Source: Vicugna vicugna
Lineage: Eukaryota
NCBI GenBank assembly: GCA_013265495.1
Contig: MU061560.1
Coordinates: 1,100,166-1,120,165, forward strand
DNA: 20,000 nucleotides
Direction of reading: 5' to 3'
Shown: one piece after another, positions 1-9,228 of the stretch
How the letters are laid out: each line of letters starts with the position of its first letter
Position numbering within the stretch: position 1 is the first letter of the stretch
Notes under the pieces: model-generated
What the model saw: the letters and a program-made list of their open reading frames with translations, nothing else
Told to the model about the DNA's origin: nothing
The model's database searches: none
Program-made: the position numbers and the translations under genes

Positions 1-2642
1 TAGTGTAAAAAAGAAAAGTGGGTAGTAGTTGTTACCTTCTAATAGTGAATATTCACGCATGACAGGCAAGTCTCTGAAGAGAAGACATACATGATCCTCC
101 GTGCCGTTCAGAACTCACCTTCTCAGGTAACGTAAGGAAACACAAGCATCTCGCAGAGATGTAACAGAGCATGGTACGTGGATGGCTTTGCACAGCAACA
201 CTGTGCAGGCGCAGTTCATGACTGCAGATTCATTTCACATTCTATGACAGGCTTTTAGCCCTTATTGTAACATAATTAATGATTTACCGTAGCTGGGGTA
301 ACTGCCAGGTAAGAGCAAGACGGTTCATGACACAAGAGACTGCATTCCACTTGCTCTAAGGCAGGAAGTGACTTTCATAGGGGCAAATCAATGAAATGAG
401 AGGGACTGAGTTTGGAGAATGAGAGCCACGGATGATAAATTACAACTTCTCACAGTCCCTAAACGTTAAATGTGTTTGGAAAGTTTAATTACAACAGAAT
501 AAACTTTTGTATCTAGGTAGATGCAGTCAGATTTTCCAAAGGATGCTTTAGTCTCTGTCTTAGCAACTTACACAGCTCTTGAATAACTGCTCCCTCCTTA
601 TTTTAATCCCTGCTCTGGCAACAAGACACATACTTACACACTCATCAGTTTCCCAAAATGCAAAATCCAGCCTGTTCTCAGGTTTCTGGTCCCTAGGTTC
701 TGCTTGACCAGTGATGTGGATGTGTGAGTTGACAAAAAGGAGCTATTTGCTAGAGAAAGTCCATTTACATAATCTTTTTGGCCCACTTGTCCTCTGATAG
801 TCAGCTGCTAAAAAAAAATACCTGGGCTCTTCTTCTGATGTCCATATTGTAGCTTACTCTTCCTGTGTGTCCTATGGTGACAGTAGTGTCCCCATGTTCT
901 CAGACACAAACACATGCCTGTTCCATAGCTCTCCTTCACCACATAAATGTGTAACTGCTTATTCAACAGTCATAAATAATTATAATACGCCTTGGGTAAC
1001 ACAACCGGTCCTTTCATTAGTTAAAAGTTGCTGATCACATTAGCTCATTTCTCCTTGCGTCATTCCTGTGGACTCCGTAGGAGGCGCATTTCTGTTTTCA
1101 TTAAACACAGAGAAATGTCACTGTAGACATTGTAAGTGGTCTGCCCAGGATTAGGCAGCCAGCCAAGCAAGGTACTCTCATGTCTAGGCTCTTAGAATTA
1201 ATATTCACCTTTCAAACTTTAAATAAAAACAAAGCTGACAATCAGGAAAAGGATGATAAAGCAGCAGAGTAGACGTTATACTGTAGACAACGCACGTTGT
1301 CAAAATGAAACGACCACCTGGCTGAGGTGGACTCAGGGCTTGTTGAGCTACTACCCGGGGGAAAGTGCTGGGTGAACGTGCTTTTGTGTGTATTTAATGT
1401 GAATCATACAAGATTTACGTTAAATGACGAAGTGAGGTAAAGATCTGGAACATTAACATACAAAAACACGTATCTGTGATGGCGGTTCACGTCTGTTGTC
1501 TGAGCATGTGCTGTTTGTACAGTGTTTGTTGAATCTTCCCTATAAATCCTGAGTCACAGGCCGCAGTCACATTTCTGTGACTAAGCTAAGCTTAGAACCC
1601 AGGCCCATGGACATTTAGTTAACTCCACTGCCCTGCCTCTCCTACTCAACCTGCTGCCTGGACAAGCAGCAGGATCTTGTCGATGGGCGAGACGGCGCTG
1701 TATCCTGCACCCACTACGTGGTTATCGATAACTTGTTACTGAATTGCATAAATTTCATCCTCTATTCCATACATCCTTTTCTCAACCTGTATTACCTCTC
1801 AACTAATCAGGTCATATAAATTACTTCCTTTGTGACTCTTTAAGATACATTCAGTGTATTGAGTAGACTGACAATTAACTTCATGGCTAAAAATCCTGCT
1901 AGAAACGGATACTGATATTTCTCCTGGCTAATATAACCATTAACATCAGTTGCAATCAGAGCAAACCTGTGCAGTAGTCTGGACTAAGCACTTAACATTC
2001 AGCATTTTGTTTAGTCTTACTCTTTGAGTTTACTGTATTACAGAGGAAAAGCAGAAACGTGGAGAAGACAAGTTTTGCCCAAGGTTCTCCAATATGTAGT
2101 CACACAGCAGACAGAGCCAGGCTTTCAACTCCTGCAAACTAATGCCTCAGTATTCTAAAAACCTGTGAGGCCTTTCACTCCCTGAGCACAGCCGGGGGCT
2201 GCGTACATGCCCCCATACACAGATGAGCGGTGTCAGATGACAGCGCCTCTGTTGAGGGCTTCTGAGGAGGTGCAGTGAGGTGGCTGCTTTCACGAAAGGC
2301 AAGCAGCAATCCTGTTTCCAGTGAGCAATGAATTTACTTGATTTCTCCATCTTTTACTGATATAAGTCTTCATACTATGCCAAGAAAATCACAGACTTGC
2401 AGTTTTTATGGGCTTACTGTCAAAAGGAATACCAAACTCAGAAAGTTTAGTGGTTTTTACAAACCAGCAAGGCACACAGAACCTTGCATACTGGATTATA
2501 GAGTCTGTGGGACCAAAGCAAGAACAATGCCTGTTTTTTTTTTTAAGTGAATATATAAAATGTCAGTGAAATGTTAGCAGATAAATAATATCTAAGCAAT
2601 AGATTAAAAAGAGAGCAGACGTCAGAGAGCCCCAGCGCTCAC
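1..2642 (-). other. SYT10: SYT10 last intron (terminal coding exon not found in the window)
   Basis: Follows the donor at 2641-2642. I could not find the expected short C-terminal peptide (LPGRATSFDSQG...-like) in 1-2642. Confidence 0.7.
1984..2132 (-). mobile_element. Degenerate MIR
   Basis: ttacagaggaaaagcagaaacgtggagaag...ttgcccaaggt...acagagccaggctttcaactc resembles the reverse MIR core. Confidence 0.55.
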
Positions 2643-2772
2643 CTCCAGCAAGGGATGCCAGTGTGTTATCGGCTTGCGGTGATAAGCCAGCATCTCGTTC
2701 CAGTGGTCTCGCCCAAGACCCTCAGCGTCCAGTCCTGCTCTACACACTCCTATGACCTCGTTGTGTCCCACC
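2643..2772 (-). CDS. SYT10: Synaptotagmin-10 penultimate coding exon (probably exon 6), end of C2B: (R)[43 protein letters not shown]
   Basis: Hand translation of the reverse strand. Acceptor atcatAG (ct 2773-2774), donor GAG|GTGAGC (ac 2641-2642). 130 nt, phase 2 to phase 0. Contains the synaptotagmin WHxL motif. Confidence 0.96.
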
Positions 2773-3394
2773 CTATGATTTGGAGAATATTATGCTTTCA
2801 GTCCAAATTTCAAAGATTAATGAATTTTTGTACACCTTAGCTGCATTTTAAACATATGATTTAAACGGTAGATTCTGTGATAAGTTCTACATAATTTTAT
2901 GTATTAAACTAGGTTCAGGTCACATGAAAAATCTTAAGTAACCTAGAATTTACTAAACAGGATTAGCCTTCAAAACTGAACCTATAAAAGGAACACACAC
3001 AACAATTTCAGCGCCTGTAACTTGAGCACACTTCACAATAGGAAGAATGGTGTGAGAGAGAAATGACAGCAGGTCCTTACCTACGTGATGAGTTTCTTCC
3101 TTGGAAGCAGACCTATTAACTTTAAGTGATGTCAGTCAAATATCATTCTTTCCAAAGGGCCTGGATTTCTCACCAAGAGTTTAAGACCCACTTTCTTGTA
3201 TAAATAACCATAATTAATTGACTCTAAATCGTATGTCAGTGAACATTACTGCTTGCACCACAATTAAACAGGGCAGGGCTATGTTCAATACCACGGCATT
3301 TGACTTATTTTTGCACAGCACCCAAAGCATACTGAACAACATTCTTATTTTCTATTCATGTCTTGTTTTCATAGCAACAAATCCAAATAATGAT

Positions 3395-3596
3395 AACTAA
3401 TGTTTCTGAGAGCTTATTATGTGCCAGACACTGTTCTAAGTAATTTAAATATACTGACTCAATCCTCACACCATGACCATGAATATCATTATCATCATCT
3501 CATTTTACAGACAAAGAAACCAAACACCTAGAAGTCAAGGGACCCACTCGCCTTTGTACACTTAGTAAGAGGCAAAGGCAGGACCTGAGCCAAGCA
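3395..3596 (-). mobile_element. MIR SINE
   Basis: gagagcttattatgtgccagacactgttctaag ... aatcctcaca ... cattttacagacaaagaaac matches the reverse-strand MIR 3' end and core. Confidence 0.8.
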
Positions 3597-4329
3597 CATT
3601 TGTAGTTAGGTTGTGTCTCAAGAATGGAATGTAATTTAAAGGCATTTTCTCTGGGGTTATTCGGACAGACATCTCTAAGGAGACTTCTCAGATAATTGTA
3701 GGACTTTTCACTTCTTTTTGCCTGTCATTGATGTAGAAATGTCCTTAATATGAAGTTTCCCAAACAAGTACGTTTTTCAAAATCACTTTGAAAAAATTTT
3801 TCTATTTTATATACTGTCAGTATCCATTTCCCTAAAATTGTTTGGGTGACAAATGCTCAATTGTATCTACCTTAATCTGTGCTGTGAGAAATTAATAGGA
3901 GTAATTTTTTGGGAAAACAGAATGATGACTTGTGATGAAAACATTACAGCATTTTTAGAGTTTGCCATTTCAACTAATTCAAGATTTCTCTTTCTCTCTC
4001 ATTCTTTAAATAGTGATGGCTTTTTTGTATACAGTGATGTAAACTAATTTCAAATAGATGGTATAAATAATTTTCTTTTTCAGTGTTTCATTTTTCTAGC
4101 TCTCATCCAGAGGATACAGTTTAATGTCTCTACGTTATAGGGTCCTGATTACTAAAGGTTGCACAATAATATAAAATAGACACTCTTTGAATACTTGTGT
4201 ATGTTTATTCTGTACCATTTGTGTTATCATTAGGACAAAATAAATGTAGTAAGACATTGTCTACGTGCTTAATTCTGTAGGTTAAACATACAAGATTCCT
4301 TTCAAAAGTCTTATAAATATACAAAGCAA

Positions 4330-4510
4330 AATAATCAGAACTATATAGCAAGGGCCAAATAAGAGACATAAATCTTCAGTGGGACAAAAGTTCAGAGGAG
4401 GAAGAGGCTGGTTAGCCGAGAAGGACACAGAAGTGGTGACCTGATCAGGGCCGAGCAGGGCAACATTTCAGACAAGGAAGGGAATGGGAGCTACAGCAGG
4501 ACGAGGCTTC
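4330..4510 (-). mobile_element. Possible degenerate LINE-2 fragment
   Basis: agttcagaggaggaagagg...gaaggacacagaagtggtgacctgatcagggcc resembles reverse L2. Confidence 0.35.
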
Positions 4511-5116
4511 AGAGCTGCACTCAGGAGTCTGCCATTTGCTTTATGAAAGGGGAAGTGATCAGAGTGTGTGAGCTGGCAGAACTACCCACAAAGCGATGTT
4601 TTATTAAGACTGGTGGGAAAGCATCAAGGCAGTATCCTTGTGGACACCATTCACTGTCCACTCTTAATACCCACTGTTCACAGGTCCACATTGTGCTCAG
4701 GTTTTACAAATGGACAAGCGACTCTCTAAGGGACAACTCGCCCTTTCACATGACCAGTTAACAGTGGAGCTCAGGTAAATATCATGACATTCACATTCCA
4801 GCCCAGCTGGGAAAGCAAAATTGGCTGATCATAATTTCTGTTGTTACTATAAAAAGACTTCACAAAAGAGCTTTCTACAACGTTATCATACAACTTCCAC
4901 ACTCGTTCTCTCACCAGCCCAGGTATCCTGTCCTTAAGAATGACATCTTTGGGGAAAGAAAAAAGAAATGTTATAACATGGGGAAAAATGAATTTTGAAT
5001 GAGTAATTTTTTCCCTCTTCCAATTTCAATGAAAACTGTTAGAGCAGAAAATAACCTGAAAAGTTGAACTGGATCTACATATGACTAAACGTAGCTGAGC
5101 AGAGAGATGAACACAC

Positions 5117-5288
5117 CTGTCGTAATCCATGACTGCAATGGAGAGGCTGACCTGGTCCACGTTCTCTGGAGGGATGTCGAAAACAATGGCCTCATTGTAC
5201 ACGGGGTTCAGAGTGTTTTTCTTTGTAGTTGTTTTTCTCTTTTTCAATCTTCGACCCTCACACATCAGAGACACTTTGACATAAGGAT
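5117..5288 (-). CDS. SYT10: Synaptotagmin-10 internal coding exon (probably exon 5), C2B core: (D)[56 protein letters not shown](R)
   Basis: Lies within ORF 5026..5418(-). Acceptor ttcctAG (ct 5289-5290), donor AG|GTGTGT (ac 5115-5116). 172 nt, phase 1 to phase 2, compatible with both neighbouring exons. Polybasic RRLKKRK patch and MDYD Ca2+ loop present. LMCEGRR, KTTTKK and [11 protein letters not shown] point to SYT10 rather than SYT6/SYT9. Confidence 0.97.
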
Positions 5289-7089
5289 CTAGGAATGGGA
5301 CGGCAATTTTATTAAAATGAAAGTAATAGTTCAAAGCGTAAGTAAAACCGTGGTTAATTGTTACTAAATAAGGAAAGTGATATATTAAGCCCGTTAGTAT
5401 TACCAGTTTTAAATTCAAATGACTTAGCTGGGGGCCATGGACTCTCTAAAACTTCTTGCTTTAAATGGAAGAACTTATCTTGAATGAGCTAGAAAAGAAT
5501 CAACTTGACCACCGTGTTTACTAATGTTTAAAACTCACTAGTTTATCAAGAGCCAATCAAACCTGTAACGTTTCTTTTAGTCACAGCTATTGGAGGGTGT
5601 GTTTTGTCCCAGGTGACTTCTAGGGCATGTGATCCTAACAAGAAGATGTGACTGTATTAAAGTTAATTTCCTTCACAGTGATTTAGAATAAGAAGACTAA
5701 AACTTACGAAAGAGCAACATTGTATTTCAACAAGTATACAGGATCACAATGAACTGAAATTAGCAAAAACTATATTCATTAGAACCATTTTGAATTGTTG
5801 GAAAAAGTACTAAACTTAGAGGTGCCATTTTATAGTCAGAGGGCTTAAGAAGGAGTTTGGATTGAAGGAATGATTACTATACATCATTTATTAAATGCTC
5901 AACAGCATACAATTTAAAAAAAGGTGATATTTGGTTTACAGATGTCCTCAAGGAACTTTCCTGAAATGCACTGCCTGTGTATGACAACAGGAAAGAGAAA
6001 AACTCAGCTGGAATTGAACTATATTTTTATGGGCCAAAGAGGTCAAATAATTTTTAACAAATTCTACCCCAGTTGACTGACTCGTCTCTACTCTCTTATT
6101 CCTGCTACCTTAATAATAACAATAATAATAGTTTTTTAATAATATTTTTCTACTATTACAGTATTGTAGAAAATTATATAGTACCAATCAAAAGTTTCTT
6201 TTAAAAGCCTTACTTTTTGCACCTTGTAATACAAAGGAGGCATCGTTTTGGGAGGGAGTGTCAGCACTGGGGTGAGTGTGCTACTTGGTTAAAACAATCA
6301 GTGTCTGTTCTGTCTTCATTTTTTTTTTTCATTCTGGTCACTCTTCAACTGTAGCACCACTACCTCTTTTCCTTTTATCATTAATGGAATAATAAGAAAA
6401 AAAGTCTTATTTCTTTAGAATAAGCCAAAAAAACACGGCAACGTTATTTGAGCAAATGAATGCTTTTTATGCTCTACAAAAATGTATCTGTATTATTTCA
6501 CAAGCATTTCTACTAATGGGCAAAGACATATTTTGTGGCTAGTAATAGGGTATAAAGAGGAATACAAGGCAAAAGAGCAACGTTCAGTGGCTGTTTCCTA
6601 TTTACCTTTCAGTTTTTTTAACAAGAGGAAGTATGTTCTAAGGAAGAAGCTCGCTTTTGTGGTACACTTTTGTATAGGCCTCTCATCAATAGTGGGAACG
6701 AGGCCTGGTTTGTCATTTGCTGCCCCCGTCATGTCTCTGATGACAATTCTCTACTAGTGACAAAGATAATTCATTGGCTTCTTAGTTGATTTACAAGCCT
6801 GTTGTAAGAATTAATGAGGTGATGTTCTTAAAGCAGGCATTCCCTCAATGAGAAGCTTCATATAAGTAAAAAGTAGTCTTGCACTCAATGACAACTTCAG
6901 TGCTGTTTGCTTGTCTCAAAATTTGGTTCTCTTATGATACATGACAGAAAGAGTAAAATAATTTGCACAATACACTACTTATCTTTAAGTTCTTCAACAT
7001 TTACTTACCTAAGAGCTTTTCACCAAAAAAAATATGGAATTTACTTACTTCCTCGGTATCTTTATATTTCAACTATGCACTGCAGATTT

Positions 7090-7385
7090 TAAAAAATGAA
7101 GAGTAAATTCATGACATAGTTCAAAAATGAGGTAACAGAGATCGATGTGCAATGAGAAGTGCCCTCTCATCTGTCCCCATACCTCTCCACCTCTTAGTTT
7201 TTATATCACTTAAGTATTTCTCTATGCAGATATTAGCAACATGAATATATACTCCAAGATTCCCATTCGTACGTAGAGGGGAATTATATATTTATGCCTG
7301 CACCTCAATTTTTTATTCACTTAGTATACTCTGGAGTTCCTTCTACACTAGACCTTAGAGTTCCTCCTACTTTTTTGTGATGCAA
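7090..7385 (-). mobile_element. Ancient L1M (L1ME/L1MC-like) 3' fragment
   Basis: ttttattcacttagtatactctggagttccttctacactag...ttcctcctacttttt resembles the reverse strand of old L1M 3' ends. Confidence 0.45.
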
Positions 7386-7475
7386 ATTTAATCTGTTTTT
7401 TTGTTCTGAAGAACCAAACAGCTATTGACCTCCCTCCCCATGTCATCCTTTAATATATCTATACTATTATTTGTT

Positions 7476-7567
7476 ATTATTGAGTTATAGTCAGTTTACC
7501 ATGTTGTGTCAATTTCTGGTGTACAGAACAATTTTTCAGTCATTTTTTTAACTGAGTTATAGTCTAC
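7476..7567 (-). mobile_element. Very short LINE-1 3'-terminal insertion with a duplicated terminus
   Basis: tgagttatagtcagtttaccatgttgtgtcaatttctggtgtacagaacaatttttcagt is the reverse complement of the L1 3' end at about 18790-18850. A second tgagttatagtc occurs at 7553-7564. Probable TSD tactattatttgtt (7462-7475) / tactatttatttgtt (7568-7582). Confidence 0.85.
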
Positions 7568-8340
7568 TACTATTTATTTGTTTAATTTAACAAATGCTTA
7601 CTGACCTCCCTACTCTGCCCTTATCGTTTCTTGCTTCCACAGAGCTGGGCCAGAGTTCACCTGTTAAGTTATAAATAACCCTCTACAACTGAGGTGACTT
7701 AAATGGAGGGACTAAAGAGAATGATGTGGTTTAACTACTTTATCAAAGTTAGCACAAGAGAAATTTCCTTCAAGAATGTCTTTAAGAAACGTCAAGAAGT
7801 GTTCATTTACTCTATTATTTCTTTCAGTCCCTACTGTTGTCCAAATTTTTCATGAGAAAAGTGTTAAGAATACAAATGCAAATGGTGGTTTTGGAAACTT
7901 GTTATTTCTCTGCAGATCAGGTGAAGGAGATGAATTTGGTCTAAATATGTCTTCATGTGGCTCTTACTGGTAGATTAATGCAAGTTTAAGCTGAATGGCT
8001 CAAAGTCCAAGGATCTTCCCTTAATAAGCAATTGACTAGCTGGAAGTAGGGAAGTGTATGGTAAATGATTTATTTTTGAGAAAGAATGACATCAGCAGAG
8101 AAAGAAATAAAAAGAGAACCAAGTTCAAAGTCAATCAATTTGATGATACCTTTAAAAAAAGTCACAATGGTAAATTAAAGAGGTGTTTGGAGCACGTCAT
8201 TTGGTAATCTTTTTCTCCTTCTATAGTATCCCACGACAGACAAATGAACTCAATACTTCAACAGCGATATAGAATTTTGGCTAGGTACAGTATTTTCTTT
8301 GGGAATATACTCTTGACCCACTAGCCAATTGTGTTCATAC

Positions 8341-8461
8341 CTGACGAACCAGTGATATCCATGGCCTTCAGATTTCTGCACTTGATGACTGTCAATGTCA
8401 TACGTCCAGCAGTTGGCAAATAACAAAGGGAAAACATGATTTCACCCAGGTCTATACTGTC
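8341..8461 (-). CDS. SYT10: Synaptotagmin-10 internal coding exon (probably exon 4), start of C2B domain: [40 protein letters not shown]+G
   Basis: Hand translation of the reverse strand. Acceptor tctttctAG (plus-strand ct 8462-8463), donor G|GTATGA (ac 8339-8340). 121 nt, phase 0 to phase 1. The peptide matches the SYT10 C2B N-terminal part as I recall it. Not in the ORF track because it is short. Confidence 0.96.
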
Positions 8462-8618
8462 CTAGAAAGACAATCAGTCATGTTAGCAATTTCAAATACC
8501 AGATGGTGAAAACAAAATATAATTGGTGAAAAATCACTTTAATGGAGTATTTGAGTGTCATTCTAAATTGTTTCTAATTGAGAATACAGATTACATTGCA
8601 AAAAAAGTGTAGTAAAAA

Positions 8619-8725
8619 GGGGAAGAAGAAAGTCAAGATGGTGGAGTGGTAGGACCACGAGCTCGCCTCTCCTCGCGACTACAACAAACCATCGAAAAAA
8701 AGACTGGAACCTAGCAAAAAAGATC
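8619..8725 (+). mobile_element. Probable fragment of a LINE-1 extreme 5' UTR
   Basis: gtcaagatggtggagtggtaggaccacgagctcgcctctcctc...atcgaaaaaaagactggaacctagcaaaaaagatc resembles the start of laurasiatherian L1 5' UTRs (CAAGATGGCGGAGTAG, YY1 core). Locally CpG-rich inside AT-rich DNA. Based on recalled consensus. Confidence 0.55.
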
Positions 8726-8994
8726 AATGCCTGCAGAGCTGGTGGACAAATGAAAACGAGCATGAACAATTTAGGATCCTTCTCAAAGAGTTGTTTACAG
8801 GATTTAATCAAATTATCCCTGGAAAGACAATCTGTGGTAGATTTAATATGGCGGGAAATAAATTGCTCTGCATCCAGGTCCATAGAATTAGGTTCTTAAA
8901 AGTTCTTCATGAACTATTAACCTTTGTTGGACGTATTCTTATAGCTCAGGTTCTGATTTATGTAATTCCCATTTCTTTATTCATGGTCTAGAAG

Positions 8995-9228
8995 TAGCAG
9001 GGCCTAGTAATTAAGAACATAAATTTTAAAGTCAGTTAAACTTGAGTTGACTCCTGTTCGCTACTTCTTAGCTGTGAGATCCTAGGAAACTTAATTAAGC
9101 TTTGAATATCTGAAACTTCATTTTCAGGTTGAGGAAAATGCCACTCAAAGGGGTTTTAAGTCATTAATTGAGATAATGTAAATAAAGCCCCAGCTATTTA
9201 ACACAGTGTCTGGCATATGATAAAGCAC
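8995..9228 (+). mobile_element. MIR SINE
   Basis: ctagtaattaagaacat...ttagctgtgagatcctagg...ttaattgagataatgtaaataaagc...acacagtgtctggcatatg follows the MIR consensus order. Confidence 0.72.

Noticed and set aside
290..315. ccaggtaa as a possible start of the SYT10 terminal exon (TTA CCT GG = L-P-G on the minus strand)
   Set aside because: No AG acceptor precedes it on the sense strand, and the following codons do not give the expected SYT10 C-terminal peptide.
1286..1301. Short inverted repeat GACAACG-CA-CGTTGTC (similar small ones at 1565-1582 and 11166-11192)
   Set aside because: Arms of 7-8 bp are expected by chance in 20 kb, and there is no supporting context.
5026..5418. 130-aa ORF as a standalone gene
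   Set aside because: Only 5117-5288 is C2B-like and it is bounded by splice sites. The flanks are chance intronic read-through.
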